From Candidatus Caldarchaeum sp. (GTDB lineage Archaea > Thermoproteota > Nitrososphaeria_A > Caldarchaeales > Caldarchaeaceae): a stretch of DNA of 64,000 nt. The notes beneath the pieces are model-generated. The model worked only from the letters and a program-made list of their open reading frames with translations. It made no database searches and had not been told where the DNA came from. This document shows, one piece after another, positions 27,723 through 36,690 of this stretch. Numbering within the stretch: position 1 is the stretch's first letter; each line of letters opens with the position of its first letter. The translations under genes were made by a program, and so were the position numbers. The stretch lies in assembly GCA_038885755.1 (NCBI GenBank), contig JAVZZH010000002.1, forward strand, positions 64,001 through 128,000, given 5' to 3'.

Positions 27723-28589
27723 ATGATAGGTATTGAAAACTTCATCGTCCTACTTGTTTACGGCGCGACCCTGAGCGGTGTATGGGCCCTGATGTCGTCT
27801 GGGTTTACGTTGATTTTCGGAGTCTGCAGACTTCTCAACCTTGCCCACGGAGGCCTGTTCATAGCAGGCGCCTACATCGGCCTATCGCTTGTCAGAAGCC
27901 TGGGACTCGACCCGTTAAGCTCCACGGTTTTGAGCATGCTGGCTGTTGGTGTTATTGGGGCAGGTGTTTACATAGGCTTGCTTGCAAAAGTTAAGGAGCA
28001 TGAGGTAACAGTAGTGATCATAACTCTTGCCCTAGCCCTCATAATAGAGCAGGTCATTCTGATCATGTTTGGAGAGCATGGGATAAACTTCCCACCCATA
28101 TTGGCTGGCGTGGTGTACTTGGGTGATGTACCGCTTCCAGCCATCAGGATTTTCGGGTTGGCTGTGGCCTTAGCTGCTCTTCTTCTTCTAGGGCTGTTTG
28201 TCTCCAGAACAAGGATAGGAAAAGAGATTACGGCTGCGTCGCAGGACATAGAAGCAGCTACCTTCATCGGATTAGACGTGCATAGACTGTTTATCATAAC
28301 GATGTTCATATCATCCATTCTAGCAGGTTTGGGCGGTGTTCTATACTCTCAGATATACGCGGCTAACCCGTTTCTGGTTGTGAAAGCGCTGATATTCGCG
28401 TTTGCCATCGTGATTTTGGGAGGTCTTGGAAGCGTCAAAGGAAGCATCGTAGCCTCGTTCATCATAGGATACATAATGACAGCTGTCATCATGTTTCTGG
28501 GGGCGAGATGGTCGGAGCTTTTCGCCCTGCTGATAATCATAGCCGTTCTGATAATACGGCCTTCAGGGCTTTTCGGTGTAAAGGAATGA
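27723..28589 (+). CDS. livH: Liv-type ABC permease
   Basis: GFTLIFGV..LNLAHG, AIVILGGLGS, RPSGLFG. Confidence 0.9.
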   Translation: MIGIENFIVLLVYGATLSGVWALMSSGFTLIFGVCRLLNLAHGGLFIAGAYIGLSLVRSLGLDPLSSTVLSMLAVGVIGAGVYIGLLAKVKEHEVTVVIITLALALIIEQVILIMFGEHGINFPPILAGVVYLGDVPLPAIRIFGLAVALAALLLLGLFVSRTRIGKEITAASQDIEAATFIGLDVHRLFIITMFISSILAGLGGVLYSQIYAANPFLVVKALIFAFAIVILGGLGSVKGSIVASFIIGYIMTAVIMFLGARWSELFALLIIIAVLIIRPSGLFGVKE

Positions 28590-29593
28590 TGAGAAACAGG
28601 TTTGTTGGAGACGCTGTCGGCGTAGCTGTCTTGGCTGGCCTGTTGGCGTCAGCACCTCTGTACATCCCTGAAGCCTTGATCTGGATATTGGGTATGTCAT
28701 TTCTCTTCATAGTCATAGCTCTGAGCTGGGACTTGGCGACAGGCTACGCTGGTCAGATTAACCTTGGGTTGACCAGCTTCGTCGGCTTAGGGGCCTACAC
28801 CTCAGCACTGCTTCAGGTAACGAGCAGGCTTAGAGGAACACCTTTCGAGTTTCTAGCAGGCCAGCCGACCGTTCCAGTAGAGTTGACGCTGCCAGCCGGC
28901 GGCGTAGCTTCGGCGTTGGTTGGCGCTGCGATAGGAGGTGTGACACTCAGGCTTAAAGGATGGTACCTAGCTTTGGTTACCGCTATTCTCCCAATAGCTT
29001 TCGTCCAAAGCACGTATGTGTGGAAAGATGTTTTCGGGGGCGAGGAAGGCTTCACACTGCCAACCGGTCTCGCCCCAACACCCATAGGCAAATACTACAT
29101 AGCTCTAGTGATCATGTTGCTGTCGCTGGCCACGATGCTTTTGATAACTAGGAGCAGGCTTTCTCTGAGGCTGAGGGCTTTGAGGGATGAACCTGAGCTG
29201 GCGGAATCCATAGGACTTGATACGGTGAAGCTGAAGGTCCTCGCCTTCACAGTAAGCTCTTTCTTCTCAGGCATAGCCGGAGCGGCCATAGTTAACTACA
29301 GGCAGGTGGCCAACAACGACCTATACGACGTGCCTTTGATGCTTTTGGTAATACTTGCGGTTGTCATAGGCGGTGCTGGGACGATGTGGGGCCCGGTCGT
29401 CGGCGGCTTCCTAGTTTATACTATGAAGTTCTGGTGGCTGAAGGGTGTTGTATACGAGCTGGCCAGCTCTACAGGGCTGCCCATCAACGACGACGTAATA
29501 CTATACACAGTACTCATAGTGTTAGCGATATTGGCGCCAAAAGGTTTATGGGCTGTGCTAGGCGAAAATATTTCAAAGAAGCTGAGACGTTAG
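28586..29593 (+). CDS. livM: Liv-type ABC permease
   Basis: GYAGQINLG, RLKGWYLALVT, VIGGAGT..GPVVG; ATGA overlap with livH. Confidence 0.9.
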   Translation: MMRNRFVGDAVGVAVLAGLLASAPLYIPEALIWILGMSFLFIVIALSWDLATGYAGQINLGLTSFVGLGAYTSALLQVTSRLRGTPFEFLAGQPTVPVELTLPAGGVASALVGAAIGGVTLRLKGWYLALVTAILPIAFVQSTYVWKDVFGGEEGFTLPTGLAPTPIGKYYIALVIMLLSLATMLLITRSRLSLRLRALRDEPELAESIGLDTVKLKVLAFTVSSFFSGIAGAAIVNYRQVANNDLYDVPLMLLVILAVVIGGAGTMWGPVVGGFLVYTMKFWWLKGVVYELASSTGLPINDDVILYTVLIVLAILAPKGLWAVLGENISKKLRR

Positions 29594-29594
29594 G

Positions 29595-30287
29595 TCATAT
29601 CTTTTCGAGATAATAGTTTTCGAGACCTCTGATGTTGGAGGCGGGCCCGCTCTCAACTATCTCGCCCTTAATCAGAAGGCTCACTTCATCAGCCAGCTCC
29701 AAAGCTAAGCGGATGTTCTGTTCAACGAGGAGGATAGATGTGTCTGAGCTGTTTTGGATTGTTTTTATGGCATCCCTTATCCTCATAAGCACTATAGGAG
29801 CTATGCCGTGAGAGGGCTCGTCCAACATCAGGAGCTTTGGCTTGCTCATCAAAGCCCTGCCTATAGCCGTCATCTGCTGCTCGCCGCCGCTGGTCAGCCT
29901 AGACAAGGTGTTTCTCCTCCTTTTGATCTCGGGAAACAGGCTGTAGACAAGCTCAAGCTGGTCGTCGCAGTCTTTCGACACCGCTCCCAGCTTAAGGTTT
30001 TCTTCAACAGTCATGTATGGGAAAAGCTTACGCCCCTCAGGGCATATCGAAATCCCCATACGTATCCTCTGGTGCGGCTTGTACTTTGACAGGTCCTCGT
30101 TTTCAAAGGATATTTTCCCCGTCGTGTGAACTGTTCCCACCACTGCTTTAAGCAAAGTTGTTTTCCCAGCTCCGTTTGGCCCAAGAACCGCGACGGTTTC
30201 GCCGTTTCCTACTTTCATGTTTATGTTTCTTAAAACCTCCGCTTTGTCGTAGTACGCCCTTAAGTTCTTGATCTCAAGAACCGTCAT
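29595..30287 (-). CDS. livF: Liv-type ABC ATPase
   Basis: GPNGAGKTT, PEGRKLF, SGGEQQM, LDEPS, LLVEQN. Confidence 0.9.
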   Translation of the reverse strand: MTVLEIKNLRAYYDKAEVLRNINMKVGNGETVAVLGPNGAGKTTLLKAVVGTVHTTGKISFENEDLSKYKPHQRIRMGISICPEGRKLFPYMTVEENLKLGAVSKDCDDQLELVYSLFPEIKRRRNTLSRLTSGGEQQMTAIGRALMSKPKLLMLDEPSHGIAPIVLMRIRDAIKTIQNSSDTSILLVEQNIRLALELADEVSLLIKGEIVESGPASNIRGLENYYLEKI

Positions 30288-30960
30288 AGCCAACACCTAG
30301 GTATGCTTCAACAACCTTTCTGTCTTCAACAACCTCTTGAGGGCTGCCCTCGCAGATAAGCCGGCCGTAGTTAAGAACTAGAACGCGGCTCACATGGTTA
30401 AAAAGCTCCCGCAGCTTGTGCTCGACGATCACCATCGTAAGACCGTTCCTCCTGAGCTTTTCTATGACTAGCCCCAGCTCAACACCCTCTCTTGGGCTCA
30501 GCCCTGAGAAAGGCTCGTCCAACAGAAGAAGCTTTGGCCTCGCCGCCAAAGCCATTGCAATGCTCAGTCTCCTAAGGTCTCCCTGCGGCAAATCTCTAAC
30601 GGAAAAGTTTTTTCTATCTGACAGCCCTATCTCTTCAACCAGCCAGTCTACGTTGTCGTTCACAACCGACAGGCTTTCCAACACCGTCATGGTTTTAAAG
30701 GTCTTTATGACTTGGAAGGTCCTTGCTATGCCACGTTTAACCAGCTCGTGGGGAGGCTTTCCCGTCACGTCCACGCCCATAAACTCCACCCTTCCCGCGT
30801 TAGGCTTCATAAAACCTGATATGATGTTGAACAGTGTTGTTTTCCCAGCGCCGTTAGGCCCTATTATTCCCACGCACTCTCCCTGCCTGACTTCAAAGCT
30901 GACGCCGCTCAACGCTGTTAGCTCGCCGAACTTTTTCGTGACGTTAACGACCCGCAGCAT
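30274..30960 (-). CDS. livG: Liv-type ABC ATPase
   Basis: GPNGAGKTTLFN, GIARTFQ, LLLDEP, VEH, EAYLG. Confidence 0.9.
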   Translation of the reverse strand: MLRVVNVTKKFGELTALSGVSFEVRQGECVGIIGPNGAGKTTLFNIISGFMKPNAGRVEFMGVDVTGKPPHELVKRGIARTFQVIKTFKTMTVLESLSVVNDNVDWLVEEIGLSDRKNFSVRDLPQGDLRRLSIAMALAARPKLLLLDEPFSGLSPREGVELGLVIEKLRRNGLTMVIVEHKLRELFNHVSRVLVLNYGRLICEGSPQEVVEDRKVVEAYLGVGYDGS

Positions 30961-30990
30961 ACAACAACCTTCTTAAATACGTCGGTGGAT

Positions 30991-31022
30991 AATATAATAT
31001 ATTACCGTGAATTTATAGAGAA
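30991..31022 (-). promoter_or_regulatory. Putative operator (ATTTATAGAGAA on + strand) and TTATATAT box for livGF
   Basis: Motif 31011-31022, 11-nt spacer, TATA from 30999 on the - strand. Confidence 0.5.
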
Positions 31023-31025
31023 AAC

Positions 31026-32123
31026 CTAACTATGGGGTTGTTGAGAAGAAATGTCAAGCGATGTTTTAGGGCCTAAAGTCCTGTTGGCAGCTATGTCAGC
31101 CATCGCAACAGCGTATCCAGCAACCCTCCTAAGCTCCCTACCAATCATCATGGCTATGACCGCTTTGCCCGTCTCCCTCACGGTTTGAAGAACATGCATG
31201 TTTAACTCTTCATCCAACTGCCTAACCTTCTCCATACTCTTAACAACTGAGAAAATCTTATTCATGTCTTTTTCAAGAAAAGCGTCAACAGCCTGTCTGC
31301 TCATCTGGTGAGCTGCATCCGACATCTGCTGGATGATTTCCAGAAGTTGCTTGTCATCCAAAGGCCTGCCGTATCTCGTGAAATGTCTGGCGACGTAGAG
31401 GCTGTGGTAAACAGACCTGTTCAAATCTCTTGCCAAAACAGCGTATGTTATCAGCTCTCTGCTGTTGCTTATCCCGCTCTTGTAAGCTGTTTCAGGGTTC
31501 ATGCTGCATAGAGCTATCTGTCTTATGACACGGCGGTAAATCCTCAGAAGCTCCGGCTCACGGCCAACCACCTCAGAGGCCATCTCAACATCGCCGTTCA
31601 AAACAGATTTGACAGCGTCTTGCTGGATGGCTAATGCCGTGCTATGCATCGACCTTATGACCGAGTCGAGCGGGACGTCGTCAAACTCCCCTGCCACAAC
31701 ATATGTTATAGAGCGTTCATCCTCTTTCGCTATGTCTATACCCTGCAAATCCATCCTAAGCTCACGGAGTCTGCGTTTTTTCTCCAAAGTTATGGGGCTG
31801 GAGGACTTCACCGTAATCTCGTCAGCCCCCTGCATGTAGTATGTCCAGACCGTGTAGATCGCATGCTGGGGATCCTCCATCTGGTCAAGGTCTATCACCG
31901 CGGTTTTCTTCGCACGCAAAGCCGCCGTCGATGTTATCTTCAGCGATTGGCCGTCTTCAGCTAGGATTAGCTTGGAGCCTTTTTTGAGGCGTTGTTTATC
32001 AACCCACCATCTAGGAATGGTAAGCGTGAAGCTGCCGCCTTTAATAAGCTGCAGGCTCCTTACATTCAGCCTCCGCGAATCATATTTCAACATAGGGCCA
32101 GCAATAAGACGGAACACGAACAT
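31026..32123 (-). CDS. AbrB/MazE plus PhoU-repeat regulator (paralog 2)
   Basis: LQLIKGGSFTLTIPRWWV, TYYMQGA, ELITY..LARDL shared with 23331-24404; start possibly at MLKYD (32093). Confidence 0.8.
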   Translation of the reverse strand: MFVFRLIAGPMLKYDSRRLNVRSLQLIKGGSFTLTIPRWWVDKQRLKKGSKLILAEDGQSLKITSTAALRAKKTAVIDLDQMEDPQHAIYTVWTYYMQGADEITVKSSSPITLEKKRRLRELRMDLQGIDIAKEDERSITYVVAGEFDDVPLDSVIRSMHSTALAIQQDAVKSVLNGDVEMASEVVGREPELLRIYRRVIRQIALCSMNPETAYKSGISNSRELITYAVLARDLNRSVYHSLYVARHFTRYGRPLDDKQLLEIIQQMSDAAHQMSRQAVDAFLEKDMNKIFSVVKSMEKVRQLDEELNMHVLQTVRETGKAVIAMMIGRELRRVAGYAVAMADIAANRTLGPKTSLDISSQQPHS

Positions 32124-32280
32124 CTAAACCTTTTTATAAAGCATGCAAACACCGTTCCCTTAAAAGAAAACAAAAAGGATAAACCACTCCCCAACATGTT
32201 TCAAACATGGCTTCCAGCCTTTCGCACAGCGGCTCAAGACACGGGCTGGCGCAGAGGCCGGCGCCAGAGGTTGACCTGCG

Positions 32281-32928
32281 ATGTTGGAGGCAGTTTTAGA
32301 GCTCCGCATCCCCTACTACTGTTTCATGGCCGCCTCCAAGGATATTGACGGTGAAATATCCGTAGACGCGATACTTTACAGGGATGGATGTGTTCAGCAT
32401 CTTCTGAGTATAAGGTGTAGAAAGGTTTTAGATAGAAAATCAGCCATACTCAACGTTCTTAGGAAATATCCTGCCAGCTTCTTCCATCTCACGAAGATCA
32501 GTAGCAAAAGCTTCATAGCGGTCGCTGAAACCCATGCCTGTATGCTGTGCTCCAGCGCAATCGAGAACGGTTGTTTCATAGAGAGGGAGCAAAGCGATCG
32601 AAACAATTCGTTCATGACATGGCGTGTCCTCTCACCTTCCCGTAAAAACCTCAACAACCTTGTGAGAGACCTTAAGACCTTCGGAGCGAATCCTAGCATA
32701 CTTTACGTTGGTAAGCCGCGGCAGGGTAAGAACACGCTGACAGCTAAACAGGCACGTGCTCTCGAGACGGCTGCGAAACACGGCTTTTTTGAAACTCCCA
32801 GACGTGTGTCAACCATTTCGTTGGCAGAGTTATTGAAAGTATCGCCGTCAACGTTCTCGGAAACGCTGAGAAGAGCCCTCAACAAAATAGTCAACAACTA
32901 CATCAGCACAACACACGCCGTCGTATAG
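32281..32928 (+). CDS. Bacterio-opsin-activator-type (HTH_10) transcription regulator
   Basis: LTAKQ..AL..A...GFFETPRR....LA..L.VSPSTFSETLRRA. Confidence 0.85.
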   Translation: MLEAVLELRIPYYCFMAASKDIDGEISVDAILYRDGCVQHLLSIRCRKVLDRKSAILNVLRKYPASFFHLTKISSKSFIAVAETHACMLCSSAIENGCFIEREQSDRNNSFMTWRVLSPSRKNLNNLVRDLKTFGANPSILYVGKPRQGKNTLTAKQARALETAAKHGFFETPRRVSTISLAELLKVSPSTFSETLRRALNKIVNNYISTTHAVV

Positions 32929-33189
32929 CAACGCCTTCAAAACGTCGACCGGGTTCTTGTAGCGGCCCGGTGCAGCCATCCAAACCGGCTAAAACCCTAA
33001 AAACTCCAGACAAAAGAGGCAACAGAGAATAAGGTTAGTGTTCCTCCATCTGTTCTCGGTAGCGGATGTCGTAGAGATTACAGGAACATGGACACAGATG
33101 TCTAGGACATGGTATAAAGCTAAGGAAAACTCGCGGGAAAAAGGGAGGACAGGAAACGAGTTTAACAGACTATGGAGATGGCGGATGTG

Positions 33190-33573
33190 ATGACAGCCGA
33201 CAACACGGCAGACGACAACACTTTCCTACGTGGATTCTTTGATAGTGAAGGATGTGCAAGAAAGGAGAGATGGTTGTCGACAACGCCGACCTAAGATTGA
33301 TTAGATACGTCAAACAACTACTGTCTTTCCTAGGGATAGAGACGAACGGGCCACAGCCTAAAACGAAACATGGAACACCTTTCGTAGACCCGAGGAACGG
33401 AAAAACATACCCATGCAAAGAAGGATGTCTACCGTCTCTACGTCCCCGCTGACCATCGTCATCAATACTACAGATACGTTAGCTTAACAATCAGAAGAAA
33501 ACAGCGGAGGCTGGAGCAATACCCTACCAGAAGAGGACTGCTGACGCCACCAGCCAAACACCCCCCTCACTAA
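33190..33573 (+). pseudogene. Frameshifted free-standing LAGLIDADG homing endonuclease relic
   Basis: FLRGFFDSEG at ~33223, then after a frameshift NADLRLIRYVKQLLSFLGI, then after another frameshift VYRLYV..YYRYVSLTIRRKQRRLE with stop at 33573. Confidence 0.75.
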
Positions 33574-33590
33574 TCATGCTATTCATATTG

Positions 33591-33664
33591 TGGACCGGGA
33601 GGGATTTGAACCCTCGACCTACCGAGTGCAAGTCGGTCGTTCTTCCAGGCTGAACTACCGGCCC
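33591..33664 (-). tRNA. tRNA-Ala (UGC), no intron, CCA not encoded
   Basis: Cloverleaf GGGCCGG..ACCGA-CTTGCAC-TCGGT..TTCAAAT..CCGGTCCA with the G3:U70 Ala determinant. Confidence 0.95.
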
Positions 33665-33720
33665 TCTCGAAAACCATTATCTGTGTCGTATATTTAGGTT
33701 CTCGCGTGTTGACGATGCTT

Positions 33721-34059
33721 TCAACCGTGTTGTAGAACCTCCACCTCCGCTCCCTCGTCGTAGCCCTTAACCTCCTCGGGTACGACAGGCAGTCCGTTGG
33801 CGTTGGTGAGGGTTGAGAGGAGACCCGACCCAGTAAAAGGCTCCACGAGGACTCCGTCCTGCGTCCACGCAAGCCTTACACGCATGAAAAGCCTCGCCGC
33901 TGTATGGTTGACAACACGACTCGTGAGCTTGCCTCGGACCCTGCAGGGGCCGGGGCTGTTGTGGCCGTACTTAACGAAGAGTTGGAAACCGGTCAAGGCG
34001 GGTACGGGGTATCCTGAAAGCATGAAGACAGGCTTCCCGTCAACGACCCCGGCTACCAC
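33721..34059 (-). pseudogene. Degraded C-terminal fragment of moeA
   Basis: VDGKPVFMLSGYP..GFQLFVK..TGSGLLSTLT.ANGL.VVPEEV.GYDEG.EVEV aligns with the end of 35409-36674, with small deletions. Confidence 0.85.
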
Positions 34060-34311
34060 ATCCTGACTCCTCCCCGGGTCGACTGGGCTTTACACAGCAC
34101 GCACATCAGGTGTCTCAATAACCTTGGTTTTCACCGTAAGCATGCTTGCATGGACAGCAGCCTGTCTGACCACGGTCGTCATTTTATTCAACCGGCAGGA
34201 CTTCTAATACTCCTTACGGCCGGCCAGCGTATGGCGGCCACTGAGACCCTAGCAAGCACGTGGTTCGTAATCCAAAAATGATTTAAGGAGGTTTTGCCAA
34301 ATGTTTAGTCA

Positions 34312-35124
34312 GTGACAAACGACGGCATATCCACCGTTGTCAGAGGCGTCAGATACGATGGAGAAGTCGTCGAGGACCACGTCGCTTTAGAGTTCCCTGT
34401 AAACATATACATCAACGACAAACATTTTGTCACGGTTTTTGCAACTCCTCACGAGCTTAGAGAAATGGTCATAGGCCATCTCCTCGGACACGGCATCGTC
34501 GACAGGCTGGAGCAGATCGTGGACTTGGCTGTAGACGGCCTCGACATACTAACCTACGTCAATGTCGATGAACGTGAGCTGGGTAGAAGGCTCGAAAAAC
34601 ATAAAGAGTTCAAGCTCATCCTCACATCATGCGGCTCTGTTGAAGACTATATCAGGGCTTTCGACAACCTCCACAAGCCGAGGGTTTATTCAGATTTCAG
34701 GATTTCGTCGGAACGGCTTCGCTCCATCGTGACAGAGTTTGGAAGACTGTCCAAGCACACGGTCTCGGTCCACTCAGCCGCGGTCTACTCGGACGTTGAG
34801 GGAAAAATCCTCGGCCTTTCAGAGGACGTCAGCAGACACGTCGCCGTTGACAAGATAGTAGGTAAGATGGTGTTGAAGAACGTTGACTTCTCAAAATGTG
34901 TTCTCCTGACTACAGGCAGGCAGGCCTCCGACATGGTTTTGAGGGCTGCACGCGTGGGAATACCGGTGACCGCCTCCCTCAGGGGGCCTATTTTCTCCGG
35001 GCTGTACGCGGCTTTGAAAAGCGGGATCACGATGGTTAGCATGGTTAGGGGAAAAGGTCTGACGATATACTCCTACCCAGAGAGAATAATTCATAATAGT
35101 GTGGAGGAGCAGCTGGTTAGCTAG
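34312..35124 (+). CDS. fdhD: FdhD/NarQ-family molybdopterin sulfurtransferase
   Basis: ATPHELRE..IG, TSCG, VHSAA, EDVSRHVAVDK, TTGR, GIP. Confidence 0.85.
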   Translation: MTNDGISTVVRGVRYDGEVVEDHVALEFPVNIYINDKHFVTVFATPHELREMVIGHLLGHGIVDRLEQIVDLAVDGLDILTYVNVDERELGRRLEKHKEFKLILTSCGSVEDYIRAFDNLHKPRVYSDFRISSERLRSIVTEFGRLSKHTVSVHSAAVYSDVEGKILGLSEDVSRHVAVDKIVGKMVLKNVDFSKCVLLTTGRQASDMVLRAARVGIPVTASLRGPIFSGLYAALKSGITMVSMVRGKGLTIYSYPERIIHNSVEEQLVS

Positions 35125-35125
35125 C

Positions 35126-35353
35126 ATGTCGGAGCAGACACGCTCAGCTCTGAAGGTCTTCGGCATAAACGTGACAAAGCTGGAGGAAGCAGTCGAGAGG
35201 CTTGAGAGAGAACCGGACAAACACTCGGCGGAAAACTACGTCGAAGCCTCAAAACAGGTGAACGACAGCTTGGCCGAGTTGATGAGGCTTATTCTCCAGC
35301 TACATGAGAGGGGTGTTTCAGCGCTCACGAAGGCTTTGTCTGAAAAATCCTAA
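35126..35353 (+). CDS. Small helical hypothetical protein
   Basis: ATG right after the fdhD stop; MSEQTRSALKVFG, coiled helices. Confidence 0.6.
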   Translation: MSEQTRSALKVFGINVTKLEEAVERLEREPDKHSAENYVEASKQVNDSLAELMRLILQLHERGVSALTKALSEKS

Positions 35354-35408
35354 ACCCTGTGAAACACTTAAATCAGCCGACGGTGTTTAACCCGTTTAGA
35401 ACGATCTT

Positions 35409-36674
35409 ATGAGCAGTAGGAAAATGTCCGGCTTCCCCACTCTAGCCAGCGTGGAGGAGGCTTTTTCAATACTTGTTAACAAGCTCGCGGTAAAAAACCC
35501 AGCCGTAGAGTATGTCCCGCTGGAAGAATGTCTGGGCAGGTTCTGTGGACAGGATGTTTTTTCACCAGCCAACGTTCCGCCGTTCGACAGGAGCGCCGTC
35601 GACGGCTACGCTGTCAAAGCATCGGACACCTTCGGAGCCTCCCCCACAAACCCTGTGGCGATGAAGCTGGTCGGCGTATCACACGCAGGGTTGAGGAAGG
35701 ATCTGACTCCTAAAATATCGTCGGGGCAGGCTGTCGAAATATACACTGGGGCGCCGGTTCCTGAAGGGGCTGACGCTGTCGTCATGGCTGAGTACTGTAA
35801 AAAATCCGGAGAGGGATACGTGGAAGTTTTCCGCCAAGCCCATCCATTCCAGAACATTTCACGGACGGGTGAGGATTTCAGGATGAGTGAGCTGGTGGTC
35901 GGCAGAGGCACAAGATTAAAGTCTTGGCACATAGGAGCTTTAGCATCCCTTAACATCGTAAAAATCCCCGTCTACCAAAGGCTCCGCGTCTCAGTCCTCA
36001 GCACGGGGAGCGAGCTTGTAGAACCAGGCCAGACACCTCGGGAAGACCAGATAATAAACAGCTCCAAACCCATGCTCAAGTCGCTGATTGTAGAGAACGG
36101 ATGCGTCCCCGTAGACCTAGGCACGGTCGAGGACGACGTCCAGCTTGTAGCGTCGAAGATAGCCGAAGGTGTGAACGTCTCCGACATCGTAATAGTCACC
36201 GGAGGCACAAGCATAGGAGAAAGAGACATAGTTCCCGACGCTGTGAACAAGGCTGGGAAGCCGGGAGTCATATTCCACGGGGTCAGGATAAGGCCTGCCA
36301 AGCCTACCGGAGCTGGAATAGTCGACGGAAAACCCGTCTTCATGCTCTCAGGGTTCCCTGTCTCGGCGTTGATCGGCTTCCAGCTGTTCGTGAAACCAGT
36401 CATAGACATGATGTATTGTCGCAGAAGCTCCGGAGCCTGTTTGGTTAGGGGTAGGCTGACCAGACGTGTGGCAAACCATACTGCGTCGAGGCTTTTCGTC
36501 CGCGTCAGGGTTGAAAAAACAGAGAGCGGGGTTGTCGTGGAGCCGTTGATGCTAACGGGCTCGGGTCTTCTTTCAACGCTGACGAAGGCGAACGGGCTGC
36601 TGGTCGTGCCCGAGGAAGTGGAAGGATACGACGAAGGCGAGGAAGTGGAGGTGCAGCTTCTAGAACATGACTGA
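35409..36674 (+). CDS. moeA: Molybdopterin molybdo/tungstotransferase MoeA
   Basis: PPFDRSAVDGYAV, IYTGAPVPEGADAVVM.E, STGSEL, TGGTS.G..D, RPAKP. Confidence 0.95.
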   Translation: MSSRKMSGFPTLASVEEAFSILVNKLAVKNPAVEYVPLEECLGRFCGQDVFSPANVPPFDRSAVDGYAVKASDTFGASPTNPVAMKLVGVSHAGLRKDLTPKISSGQAVEIYTGAPVPEGADAVVMAEYCKKSGEGYVEVFRQAHPFQNISRTGEDFRMSELVVGRGTRLKSWHIGALASLNIVKIPVYQRLRVSVLSTGSELVEPGQTPREDQIINSSKPMLKSLIVENGCVPVDLGTVEDDVQLVASKIAEGVNVSDIVIVTGGTSIGERDIVPDAVNKAGKPGVIFHGVRIRPAKPTGAGIVDGKPVFMLSGFPVSALIGFQLFVKPVIDMMYCRRSSGACLVRGRLTRRVANHTASRLFVRVRVEKTESGVVVEPLMLTGSGLLSTLTKANGLLVVPEEVEGYDEGEEVEVQLLEHD

Positions 36675-36690
36675 AAACAGGTGAAACCCG

